Part shown: positions 1-8,831 of the stretch, one piece after another
Layout of the letters: every line of letters starts with the position of its first letter
Position numbering within the stretch: the first letter of the stretch is position 1
From: a virus
DNA length: 64,000 nt
Virus record (IMG/VR): IMGVR_UViG_3300044814_000017
Span: 6,209 to 70,208 of that record
Reading direction: 5' to 3' (one strand)
Made by a program: the position numbers and the translations under genes
Notes under the pieces: generated by a model
Seen by the model: only the letters and a program-made list of their open reading frames with translations
Told to the model about the DNA's origin: nothing
Databases searched by the model: none

Positions 1-62
1 TCTGGCGCGTCGCCCTCTTCCACGGTCGCTAGGAGCAATATTATGTTCATCACCGCAGTCCG

Positions 63-1091
63 CTATCGCGGTATGACGCTGCGCTCTTCGGTCGTAATGC
101 CATCTACACGAATGCCGGCGGTAAGGGCGGCTTGGCATAGACGGGTGAGCAGTTCATGCACTTCGAAGTGGGTTTTGAAGTGCAGAAATGCCTTTTCCAC
201 ATCTATTTCTTTGATGAATTCCTTTGCCGTAACGCTGGCGGTACGACCGCTTGCACCCTTGATCTGTGTTGATGGCGGTGGCGTATTGACGATTGGTGCA
301 ACGATGACAGGCGTGGGCGGCTCGGGCGCTAACTCGCCAGCAACCAATGCGGCGGCTGCCTCGCGATCATATTTGGCGCGGGCTTCCTCGTTTTGCTCAT
401 CCGCCTTGCGCTTGGCCTCGGCTTCCGCTTTTCGGGTTGCCGTAAGTTTTACATCGTTCCAAGCCTCTTGGGCCTTGCGGATGCGATCGGCGACTGAGGC
501 CGCGCCATTTCGCAGCGGAAACCACGTTCGGCGAATAGAGCTAATCTCATCAAGAAGCGGCTGACTCAACGATTCGTATTTCTTTTGTGCCGAGCCCTTG
601 AGGGTCGTAAGGACCGATCGCAAGGTTTGAGCGCGTGCGGCTGCTTCGTCGGATTCGATTTTGTCGTAAGCTTTTGCGGCCTCAACAGCTTTGGATATTT
701 CTAGCTTAAGGGATTCTTCTGCGTTAGCGCCGTTGATACCCGGATCAATCTCTGGCCCTTTGGCGGCTTGCGCTGCAGCGGCGTCGTTATCTAGCCACTC
801 GCCAGTATCCATTCGATGCCAATATGCTTCCGACGAAATGACATTCTTGGTCCCGCAATACTCCCATATCCGTAGCGCTGCCTCTTCAGAAACGCTCTTA
901 CCGTTAACGTGGCAACGCAGCGGCGCGTCGGGATGGGTTCTGTCGTACCAAAAATATACCGGATATGCGGTTTTGTCTTTGTTGTAACAGCGGTATTCGC
1001 CCTCCGCAGGATGGTCCGCATAACGCGGTCCGACAACACCCTTGAGACAATCGTCGTGCCATTTTCTGGTTTTATCGGACTGGTAGGTCAT
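63..1091 (-). CDS. Phage hypothetical protein with coiled-coil C-terminal half
   Basis: 342-aa ORF, GGAGG upstream, part of a leftward operon. Confidence 0.75.
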   Translation of the reverse strand: MTYQSDKTRKWHDDCLKGVVGPRYADHPAEGEYRCYNKDKTAYPVYFWYDRTHPDAPLRCHVNGKSVSEEAALRIWEYCGTKNVISSEAYWHRMDTGEWLDNDAAAAQAAKGPEIDPGINGANAEESLKLEISKAVEAAKAYDKIESDEAAARAQTLRSVLTTLKGSAQKKYESLSQPLLDEISSIRRTWFPLRNGAASVADRIRKAQEAWNDVKLTATRKAEAEAKRKADEQNEEARAKYDREAAAALVAGELAPEPPTPVIVAPIVNTPPPSTQIKGASGRTASVTAKEFIKEIDVEKAFLHFKTHFEVHELLTRLCQAALTAGIRVDGITTEERSVIPR

Positions 1092-1317
1092 TTTCTACCC
1101 TCCCCCGGCGTCGACAACTTTGCGGAGCCGCGCAGAGATTTCAGTTAGCATGTCGTAGCGTTCTTGGACCGCCGCCTCAGAGAGGCCCGGCGGGTTGAGT
1201 TCGGCAAGCTCATCGCACCAGCTCGCTATTTCTTCGATTCCAGATTTCAGATCGGCCATTGTTTCCTCCTGCATTTAGTGGGTTTAAGCGTTTGCATGTC
1301 TTGACCGGATAAGCATG

Positions 1318-1563
1318 TCATTTCCTATCCTTTAATATCAAGCCCGCAAACTCTATCGCCAATTCAGCGCGGCGCATGTTTTTAACAAGGTTGTCCTCAG
1401 ATATTTCGTAGGTGGTGAAGCGATTAGGGCAGACACGACATTTGCGGCGACGAATGATTGTCTTTTCGCCCATAAACGTTGTCGGCCTGCTATCAATAAC
1501 TTTCAGCGGGTTGTTGCACTTTGGGCAAAGATATGAGCGCTCACTGAGGGGCGGATTTGTCAT
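1318..1563 (-). CDS. NrdR-N-terminal/Ogr-like zinc-ribbon protein
   Basis: CPKC...VIDSR...IIRRRKCRVC..RFTTYE matches the NrdR zinc-ribbon pattern; no ATP-cone follows. Confidence 0.75.
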   Translation of the reverse strand: MTNPPLSERSYLCPKCNNPLKVIDSRPTTFMGEKTIIRRRKCRVCPNRFTTYEISEDNLVKNMRRAELAIEFAGLILKDRK

Positions 1564-2075
1564 TTAACAAACCCTCGTTTCGGCCACGGATTTTTGCGGG
1601 CCGGAATCTTCACCTTGCGCCGTTTCTTGGTGCGCCCTTCAAGACGATTGAATTTGGCCTTGAGGCCGATATCAGAGCTTTTGGTCGTTATTGTGCGCTC
1701 GGCTCCCGGCTTGCGACCAGTTGTCTTTTGTTGATGATCGGCCTTCTCGCGATAGACCAACGCATTCGGCTCGTGCGCGTGCGGCGAGTATCTTGCCGCG
1801 ACGTTTTTGATTCGCGGATTGTATGGACGAAGGATGAGCGCGGGGTCGTGGTCAAGGTGAGGGTGCTCAAATCTTAAGTGCCGAAGTAGATAAGCGAGAT
1901 ATTGCGGTTTGGTGGTGCCGGGAACGAATGCTTCAATCGCATAGCGAATACGGCAAACCATCCAAACTTGATTTTCCGCCACCTGCACGCGCACTGCTAG
2001 CGGGGGCATGGGTGGACGCTGGCGTTTCATATGGAGTTGGCGCATCAGAAGCCGCCGAACCTTATTGGCCAACAA
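1560..2075 (-). CDS. HNH-like phage protein with basic C-terminus
   Basis: LDHDPAL...PNAL...HQQKT resembles a degenerate HNH motif. Confidence 0.5.
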   Translation of the reverse strand: MLANKVRRLLMRQLHMKRQRPPMPPLAVRVQVAENQVWMVCRIRYAIEAFVPGTTKPQYLAYLLRHLRFEHPHLDHDPALILRPYNPRIKNVAARYSPHAHEPNALVYREKADHQQKTTGRKPGAERTITTKSSDIGLKAKFNRLEGRTKKRRKVKIPARKNPWPKRGFVK

Positions 2076-2398
2076 GAACCAATTTCCTGCTGTTCTCTCA
2101 GGTCATCTGGAGGGCATGGATAATTAGGCGATGTTTCAATCGCACATCCGAATCGGCGGGCATCACGCCTTTCATCACGCGCGCGTTTTTCGATGCATAC
2201 CCTGCCGACATTCAAGCATATCAGGGTCCTAGGACTGTCAACCGTGCAATGATAGTTTTCGATATCAATTACCGTGCCTCTAGGAGATAGTGGCCCAATC
2301 TCAGGTTCCCTCCAGGGTGTTCGCTCGGCCGCATGTGCTACGCCGATGAGAAGCATTAACCAAATGGCGGCGATCCTCATGGTAAGGCCGTCCACCAC
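2045..2398 (-). CDS. Small Cys-containing protein with probable signal peptide
   Basis: MRIAAIWLMLLIGVAHA-A near the N-terminus. Confidence 0.5.
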   Translation of the reverse strand: MVDGLTMRIAAIWLMLLIGVAHAAERTPWREPEIGPLSPRGTVIDIENYHCTVDSPRTLICLNVGRVCIEKRARDERRDARRFGCAIETSPNYPCPPDDLREQQEIGSCWPIRFGGF

Positions 2399-2490
2399 CC
2401 GCAGAACACCGCAATCGCGAAACCAACAGCCAGCGCCTCTGCGGCGCAGATCGCTATGCGATTGGCTAGGGTGAGGTCAGGTTTCATGAG

Positions 2491-2733
2491 TTATTCTTTG
2501 GCATCTTCGATGTGGGAGAAAACACTTTCCAATTCTCCGATGGCATCTTCAAGATTGTTAATGGCGGATTCCATGGCAGAACCGCGCTCGCCTTCTTGCA
2601 TGTTTTTTGGCATGCCGACGAAGGCTTCCTGCTCTTCGTCCTTGGCGGCTTCGACGACGCTTTTTGCTTCCTCAATCAAGGAAAGCGCCTTATCCAGTTC
2701 CTTGCGTCTTGCGGCGTTCACATCGTTCTCCAA
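2491..2733 (-). CDS. Acidic helical phage protein, first gene of the leftward operon
   Basis: 80-aa ORF next to the divergent promoter region. Confidence 0.7.
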   Translation of the reverse strand: MENDVNAARRKELDKALSLIEEAKSVVEAAKDEEQEAFVGMPKNMQEGERGSAMESAINNLEDAIGELESVFSHIEDAKE

Positions 2734-2772
2734 TTCTTGATTTTTTGGCGGCGGTCTCGGAACATAAAATTA

Positions 2773-2840
2773 CTCTAAGGGGCGCCGTTGCATCCTGTCA
2801 ATAACTAATTTGACAAAGATATTTAGATCGGTTAATAAAT
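2773..2840. promoter_or_regulatory. Back-to-back divergent sigma70-type promoters
   Basis: TTGACA on + (2810-2815) with TAATAA 17 nt later; TTGACA on - (2796-2801); AT-rich gap between divergent operons. Confidence 0.6.
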
Positions 2841-2844
2841 CGCC

Positions 2845-3063
2845 ATGGCCAAGATAAAGACGATTGGTTACGAGAAAATTCTCAGGCAGTTCTACAAAGA
2901 TGGGAAGCGCCATGGGGCCAAATCCCGATGGGCGGATGCTTTGGGGGTAAGCCGTGCCGTGACCGATTCGTGGGAGCGGAATGGCATTCCTCTAAAGTAC
3001 TCGAATCAGCTTAAAAAGCTGACCGGATTGGAATTTGAGGACATTTGGAAGGTTTCGACATGA
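2845..3063 (+). CDS. Cro-like HTH regulator
   Basis: SRWADALGVSRAVTDSWERNGIP helix-turn-helix; first rightward gene. Confidence 0.75.
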   Translation: MAKIKTIGYEKILRQFYKDGKRHGAKSRWADALGVSRAVTDSWERNGIPLKYSNQLKKLTGLEFEDIWKVST

Positions 3064-3290
3064 ACAAGTCTTGGTTTATATGCGAGGCTGAATTGGTGCC
3101 GTCTGGCGCGGCTGATGCCGTGGCTGCGCTACGGGGAACGCCCGGAGCCGAGGGTTCTCAGTGCCGATTTCCGCTTGGTTCGGATGTCCGCGCTCCAGAT
3201 TTTCATTTCTGTGATAATAACGCCTACGCTGGCGTTTACTGCCGCGTACACGCCAAAATATCGTATCAACCCAGAGGAGCAACCGCATGA
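3060..3290 (+). CDS. GcrA C-terminal-domain protein
   Basis: CRFPLG...FHFC...YCRVHAKISYQP matches the GcrA C-terminal Cys/His motif; ATGA overlap with the upstream stop. Confidence 0.75.
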   Translation: MNKSWFICEAELVPSGAADAVAALRGTPGAEGSQCRFPLGSDVRAPDFHFCDNNAYAGVYCRVHAKISYQPRGATA

Positions 3291-4045
3291 CAGAACAGAC
3301 CAAAGTCCACAACTTAATCGACCCCGACCTCAAGAAAACCTTCATCGAAATGCGCGATGAATGGGAAAAACTGGATGAGCGTGCCAACTCGATTGCGGGC
3401 AAGCGGCGGCAATACCAGAAGGAGATCAAGACCGCCGGATATTCGATGCAGCAGATTAAGATATCGCTGCTCTTGCAAACGCCGGAGGGTGAAGCCGAAT
3501 TCAAGGCCGAAATGGCGAACCGGCTGCTGGCTGCGGCCTATTCCGACGCTGATATCGGGGACCAACTCTCGCTATTTCTGGATACGCCGCGAGTTCCCGC
3601 CGACGATCGGGCTTACAAGGAGGGCCAGTCCTGCGCTATGAAGAATGAGGCTGCGGTTCCAAAATATGACCCATCCACCTCTCAATATAAAAGTTTCATG
3701 GACGGGTACCATGATGAGCAGGGTCGTCAGGTCAAGACTGGCATCGGCAAACTTGACGCCAAGGCTGGAAATGGGAAATCCCCGAAGGCCAAGGCCGACA
3801 AGAAGCGTGGCCGTCCCGCCAAAGCGGCCGCTGGCGGGGCAGAGAAGCCCGCTGAAGCGACTTTGACCGCAGAGGCGGGAAAGGACGCCAAGGCAGCAGC
3901 GGACGCTCCCAAGGCCGATTCTGGCCCGCCGAGGCGTCCTACGGCACGGCCGGTAACGCGATCGTCACTGGCGGCAAGCAAGGAAGCGGCAAAGGAAAAG
4001 GCCGAAACTTATTTCACGGCCAAGCCGACTACGGACTTGAACTGA
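3287..4045 (+). CDS. GapR (DUF2312)-like DNA-binding protein with AT-hook and Lys/Ala-rich tail
   Basis: N-terminal coiled coil ending KEIKTAGYS...QLSLF; KKRGRPAK AT-hook; K/A/P-rich C-terminus. Confidence 0.55.
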   Translation: MTEQTKVHNLIDPDLKKTFIEMRDEWEKLDERANSIAGKRRQYQKEIKTAGYSMQQIKISLLLQTPEGEAEFKAEMANRLLAAAYSDADIGDQLSLFLDTPRVPADDRAYKEGQSCAMKNEAAVPKYDPSTSQYKSFMDGYHDEQGRQVKTGIGKLDAKAGNGKSPKAKADKKRGRPAKAAAGGAEKPAEATLTAEAGKDAKAAADAPKADSGPPRRPTARPVTRSSLAASKEAAKEKAETYFTAKPTTDLN

Positions 4046-4164
4046 GGGGTTTCCGCGTTAACACTTCCGTTAAAGTGACCTTTATGCATGACTTGTGATG
4101 GCCTCGGGTAAAACCGGGGCCGTTTCGCTTAGCGGCCCCCTCATTTGGAACCGAAAATATTAAC

Positions 4165-4638
4165 ATGCCTGATCCACTCGTAACGGTTACGCTTGTCGGA
4201 TCGCCCCGAGGTAAAGGCAGGCCCCGGTTCCGCATCGTCAAGCCAAAGTTCAAGCCTCAGTTCGTGACCGTTTACACGGATAGCGACACAGTGGCCTACG
4301 AGGCTGCGCTGGCAGCTTGCGGACGGCGAGTTATGGGCGCCCGCCCCCCATTCGAAGGCGCTCTTACGTGCTTCGCTGAGGCATTTATGGAGATACCAGC
4401 GTCATGGTCGGCCACGAAGCGGAGCGCCGCGTCTGCTGGCGAGATATTCCCGATTTCAAAGCCAGACGGCGATAATATCGCGAAATGTATTGGAGACGGC
4501 CTCAATAAAATATGCTGGGCCGATGATAGCCAAATCGTCATGTGGCAGGTGCTCAAAGCATATTCAGACTTTCCTCGGCTGCGGGTTTCCGTCTGGCAAT
4601 TCGACGATATCGGCCCTGCTGAGCCTGAGTTTATCTAG
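4165..4638 (+). CDS. rusA: RusA-family Holliday junction resolvase
   Basis: PRGKGRPRF, KPDGDNIAKCIGDGLN, WADDSQIV motifs. Confidence 0.92.
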   Translation: MPDPLVTVTLVGSPRGKGRPRFRIVKPKFKPQFVTVYTDSDTVAYEAALAACGRRVMGARPPFEGALTCFAEAFMEIPASWSATKRSAASAGEIFPISKPDGDNIAKCIGDGLNKICWADDSQIVMWQVLKAYSDFPRLRVSVWQFDDIGPAEPEFI

Positions 4639-4722
4639 TAATGGTATGCCACGCAGCGCGTCGTCTATTTGTTGATTTTAATTGGTGTTGACGTTTGTGC
4701 GTTCCGCGTTCTACAAAAGCAA

Positions 4723-4751
4723 ACGGTCCCGGGGGCTGATTTCCGGGACCG
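4723..4751 (+). promoter_or_regulatory. Hairpin just downstream of a putative promoter
   Basis: CGGTCCCGG / CCGGGACCG perfect 9-bp stem; TTGACG at 4688 with a -10-like TACAAA downstream. Confidence 0.45.
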
Positions 4752-5220
4752 CGCTTAACTACACCGATGTGTTCTTCGCGGGATCATCGGGCAGAGATTG
4801 ATTTAGGCAATTCTACCGCCCTAGTCAATATCCTCTCCCCAAAATCCGCAAAATTCCCATCGGTTCTTCGTCGAAGTCGGCGCGGGGTATTTTTGGCATG
4901 GGGTGGTCCCGTGTAGTCCTAGCCCTCGCACAGTTTGAGGTTGGCAGACTGCGGATAAGCATCGGATAGCGCACTACTCTTGAATAAGCAGTTTGGCGGT
5001 TTCTGTAGGGATAACCGTACCGATGTATAAACGCGCCTATTCCAACTGCCGTGATGTAGGTTTCGGTTCGATTTTTTCGCACCGGACGGCGCTACAGGAC
5101 TTTCTTTGAGTAATCAGTAGATAAGTAAATCTATTCTCTAACTGAGACTGTAAGAAAGATTGATGGTTACGCGCGAGGGGACGGGCAACGGTATCACGTC
5201 GGGCAGAAAAGCAGCAGCAA

Positions 5221-6612
5221 ATGGGTAAATACGAGGATTTTCTTACGGCGAAGCGATCAGTCGATCCGATGACTGGATTAGATAAGGTTGGGCGGCTACC
5301 GAAGTTTTTCAAACCACATCAATCGGATATCACAAAATGGGCACTACGGCGTGGACGTGCCGCAATATTTGCCGGTACTGGTCTCGGCAAAACATTGATG
5401 GAATTGGAATGGTCGCGTCAGGTTTCTAAATTCACAGGCAAACCAGTTCTGATTTTGGCACCGTTGGCGGTATCGGCCCAGCATGTTCGCGAGGGCGAAA
5501 AGTTCAATATTCAGACTAAGGTGGTCCGATGGCAGAGCGAGGTCGTCGACGGGTTTTCAGTTACGAATTACCATAAGCTTAATCATTTTGACCTATCGGA
5601 GTTCGGCGGCATCTGTCTGGACGAGTCGTCAATCCTAAAAAACACCGATGGGCATTACAGGTCGAAGCTAATCCGCGAGGCGGCGCAGATACCGTTCCGG
5701 CTTGCGGCTACGGCTACGCCAGCGCCAAATGATTTTATGGAACTCGGCAATCACGCCGAATTTCTCGGCATCATGTCTTACACCGATATGCTCGCGACGT
5801 TTTTTGTGCATGACGGTGGGGATACATCGAAATGGCGTCTCAAGGGTCATGCGGAGGATGCATTCTGGAAATGGATGGCGTCTTGGGCGGTGATGCTGCG
5901 GAAGCCATCGGACTTGGGATATGACGACGCCGGATATGACCTGCCGCCATTGCGGGAGTTTCAACACACGGTAGGCGTGCCATATGCGCCCAATATTGAT
6001 ACTGGATTATTATTCCCCATGGAGGCTACGGGCCTCGGCGAACGCATCAAGGCGCGGCGCGGATCAATTGATAGCCGGGTCGAGATGGCGATTTCACTGA
6101 CGCCGCAGGATAAGCCGTTCGTGTGGTGGTGTAATTTGAACGATGAGAGCGCGGCTATTACGACCGGAATTCGTGGCGCGGTTGAATTGCGCGGGTCGGA
6201 TGAGGATACAGAAAAAGAGCGAAAGATTATTGATTTTATCGAGGGGCGCACGCGGGTGCTTGTCACCAAAGCGTCGATCTGCGGGCATGGACTAAACCTG
6301 CAACATTGCTCCGATACGGGTTTTGTGGGGGCCAGCGATAGTTTCGAGCAGACCTATCAAGCGGTGCGGCGGTTCTGGCGCTTTGGGCAGGCCAATCCAG
6401 TTAACGTGCATTTTATTGCGGCCGAAACCGAAGGTGCGGTTGTCGCTAACTATCGCCGGAAAGAGGCGGACGCCGACCGGATGGCTGCGGCGATGGTTCG
6501 GCATATGGCAGACCTATCATCACAGAATGTTCGCGGACAGGTCAGGGATAAACTTGACTATCATCCGACCCTTAAAATGCAAATCCCGACATGGGTAGGA
6601 GTTTCGATATGA
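5221..6612 (+). CDS. SF2 (SNF2-like) helicase
   Basis: GTGLGKT Walker A, LDESS Walker B, ATATP, GHGLNLQ, QAVRRFWRFGQ. Confidence 0.93.
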   Translation: MGKYEDFLTAKRSVDPMTGLDKVGRLPKFFKPHQSDITKWALRRGRAAIFAGTGLGKTLMELEWSRQVSKFTGKPVLILAPLAVSAQHVREGEKFNIQTKVVRWQSEVVDGFSVTNYHKLNHFDLSEFGGICLDESSILKNTDGHYRSKLIREAAQIPFRLAATATPAPNDFMELGNHAEFLGIMSYTDMLATFFVHDGGDTSKWRLKGHAEDAFWKWMASWAVMLRKPSDLGYDDAGYDLPPLREFQHTVGVPYAPNIDTGLLFPMEATGLGERIKARRGSIDSRVEMAISLTPQDKPFVWWCNLNDESAAITTGIRGAVELRGSDEDTEKERKIIDFIEGRTRVLVTKASICGHGLNLQHCSDTGFVGASDSFEQTYQAVRRFWRFGQANPVNVHFIAAETEGAVVANYRRKEADADRMAAAMVRHMADLSSQNVRGQVRDKLDYHPTLKMQIPTWVGVSI

Positions 6613-7643
6613 ATGCTTTAGAGCATCCGAGTATCAAGGCGGTCGATCAGGTCATCACACCGGAATATGCGATTTATCAGGGCGATGCGTGCGAATTGAT
6701 CCGTGGCATTCCCGGCGACTCGATTCCTTACGGCATTCATTCGCCACCGTTCGTTGGATTATATAAATTTTCTAATTCCGACCGAGACATTTCAAACAGC
6801 GATGGTGTTGGGTTTTGGGAACATTACCAATTCATCATTTCAGACTTGCTGCGAGTAACCCAGCCTGGCCGGCTGCATTCGGTTCACTGCATGAATTTGC
6901 CGAGATCTAAAACGCGAGATGGATTTATCGGTATCAAGGACTTTCGCGGCGACGTAGTGCGGGCCTATGAGGACGCTGGTTGGTATTTTCACTCCGAGGT
7001 TTGCATCTGGAAAGACCCTGTAGTGGCGCAGCAGCGCACCAAGTCGATTCGGCTACTGCACAAGCAGATCGTGAAAGACAGTTCAATGAGCGGCCAAGGG
7101 CTGGCCGACTACATCGTGACGTTTCGCAAGCCCGGAGATAATCTTGAGCCAATCGCTGGCATGTTTGATGAATTCTATGGGGATGGGCTGGATATCAGCA
7201 GGGAAGCTTATGAGCGGCAGCGGCGATCTTGGACGGATGCGGGCGGTGCGGCTTGGTCTTACGAAATGTGGTGCTCGGTGTTGGTCTGGCAGCGGTACGC
7301 TTCGCCTGTATGGATGGATATCAAGCAGACAAACACATTGCAGTATCGGCAAGCGCGCGATGAGAAGGATGAGGCTCACATTTCCCCGCTGCAGCTTGAT
7401 GTGATTGAGCGGTGCATTGACCTTTGGTCAAACCCCGGAGACGTTGTGTTGACGCCGTTTCTAGGGATCGGTAGCGAAGTCGTTGGCGCAATTTCTGCTG
7501 GTCGACGTGGGATGGGGTTTGAATTGAAAGCCTCCTATTTCAAGCAGGCCATTCGCAATTGTGCCGATGTCAAGAAAAAGGAAGGTGGGCTTTTGGATTT
7601 TGTCGCTCGTGGCGATTTCGATGATGCGGTCGCGGCGGAATAG
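6609..7643 (+). CDS. N4-C/N6-A DNA methyltransferase (beta class)
   Basis: SPPF catalytic motif early, PFLGIGSE SAM-binding motif late; ATGA-coupled to the helicase. Confidence 0.9.
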   Translation: MNALEHPSIKAVDQVITPEYAIYQGDACELIRGIPGDSIPYGIHSPPFVGLYKFSNSDRDISNSDGVGFWEHYQFIISDLLRVTQPGRLHSVHCMNLPRSKTRDGFIGIKDFRGDVVRAYEDAGWYFHSEVCIWKDPVVAQQRTKSIRLLHKQIVKDSSMSGQGLADYIVTFRKPGDNLEPIAGMFDEFYGDGLDISREAYERQRRSWTDAGGAAWSYEMWCSVLVWQRYASPVWMDIKQTNTLQYRQARDEKDEAHISPLQLDVIERCIDLWSNPGDVVLTPFLGIGSEVVGAISAGRRGMGFELKASYFKQAIRNCADVKKKEGGLLDFVARGDFDDAVAAE

Positions 7644-7658
7644 GAGGGCACGAAGGGG

Positions 7659-8000
7659 GTGAAAAACATGAGACTGATCATCATAGAATCTCCCTACGCC
7701 GGCGACATTGATGTAAATATTAAATATGCGCGCCGCTGCGTTGGGGATAGCTTATCACGAGGTGAGGCTCCGATAGCGTCACACCTACTCTACACGCAGC
7801 CTGGAATCCTACGCGACAACGTTCCTGAGGAACGACAATTGGGAATCGGCGCTGGTTTAGCTTGGCTCGTGGTCGCGCAAGCTTGTGTTGTCTATACCGA
7901 CTTGGGCATCAGTAAGGGTATGGAATACGGCATTGCTGCCGCCAAATCTGCTGGAATTCCTATTGAGTATCGAAGTATAGGAGGAATGCGTGACACTTGA
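7659..8000 (+). CDS. Conserved phage protein, nucleoside deoxyribosyltransferase-like fold (DUF4406-like)
   Basis: IIESPYAGD...GEAPIASHLLY...DLGISKGMEYGI pattern. Confidence 0.65.
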   Translation: MKNMRLIIIESPYAGDIDVNIKYARRCVGDSLSRGEAPIASHLLYTQPGILRDNVPEERQLGIGAGLAWLVVAQACVVYTDLGISKGMEYGIAAAKSAGIPIEYRSIGGMRDT

Positions 8001-8241
8001 AACAACTCCAGAAACGGAACTATTCCAGCGCGGACGGCAAGTCTTGGGCAAGACTGGCGGCGGCTTGATCGCCAAACTACTCAAGGCAAAAAACAACCAA
8101 GTCCCTCTCGCGCGATCGGCAATAGAGATCGCCTCTACGAAAGAAAACCCACGCGAATATATCGGCGCGGTGATTCGTGGCGGGGAGCGCTCGGAAATGG
8201 GCGCGGCTCAGCAATCTGGGTATGGCGATGATTGGTGGTGA
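7990..8241 (+). CDS. Small helical protein resembling a replication-initiator C-terminal domain
   Basis: GGAGG RBS before a GTG start; GGLIAKLLKA...KENPREYIG. Confidence 0.5.
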   Translation: MTLETTPETELFQRGRQVLGKTGGGLIAKLLKAKNNQVPLARSAIEIASTKENPREYIGAVIRGGERSEMGAAQQSGYGDDWW

Positions 8242-8242
8242 C

Positions 8243-8521
8243 ATGATGGATATCGAGGCTGAGCTTGAGCATATCCTTCGCCGCGTTCCGGTTTCGAACA
8301 TGGCTACGCTTGAAGCCCTCAACAGCGATGAAATTCAGGAGGGCTATCGGGATGGATTCGATGGCGAGCCTTGCGGTGACAATCGCAGCCGTTCTTATTG
8401 GCATGGTTGGCGCAACGGGATGATCGACAAGGGACGACTTAGGCCGGATTGGGCGAGTATGTCGCTCGTTCGCGAATATGTCGAATCAACCAAACGCCAG
8501 ATGGCCCCTACGGACAACTAG
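8243..8521 (+). CDS. Phage protein with RMF-like motif
   Basis: EGYRDGFDG...SYWHGWRNG. Confidence 0.5.
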   Translation: MMDIEAELEHILRRVPVSNMATLEALNSDEIQEGYRDGFDGEPCGDNRSRSYWHGWRNGMIDKGRLRPDWASMSLVREYVESTKRQMAPTDN

Positions 8522-8522
8522 G

Positions 8523-8831
8523 ATGGACGACCACACAGAGAAGACCCTGCGCGAGGCCGGTATTCCGACCACGAAATTAAAACACGGTGAGAATCACCTG
8601 ACATGCCCGAAATGCTCTCATCTGCGAAAAAAGAAACACGTTCGCTGTCTTTCGGTGAGGCTGGAACATGACGGCTGGAAATGCTACTGCCATCATTGTG
8701 GATGGCACACCGGCTCGGGTCAGTCCAGCCGCGCTAAAATGGGCAAAAGAAGCGCGCGGGCTATCCCCGGCGACTTTGGGGCAACTGCCCGTCGCAAGCG
8801 GAATAACATTTTTTCCGGAAGTGGGAGCTAA
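8523..8831 (+). CDS. Primase zinc-binding domain as a separate ORF
   Basis: CPKCSHLRKKK..CLSV...CHHCGW, T7 gp4/Twinkle-type zinc finger. Confidence 0.8.
   Translation: MDDHTEKTLREAGIPTTKLKHGENHLTCPKCSHLRKKKHVRCLSVRLEHDGWKCYCHHCGWHTGSGQSSRAKMGKRSARAIPGDFGATARRKRNNIFSGSGS

Noticed and set aside
4058-4073. CtrA box upstream of rusA
   Set aside because: Spacing is TTAA-N8-TTAA, not N7
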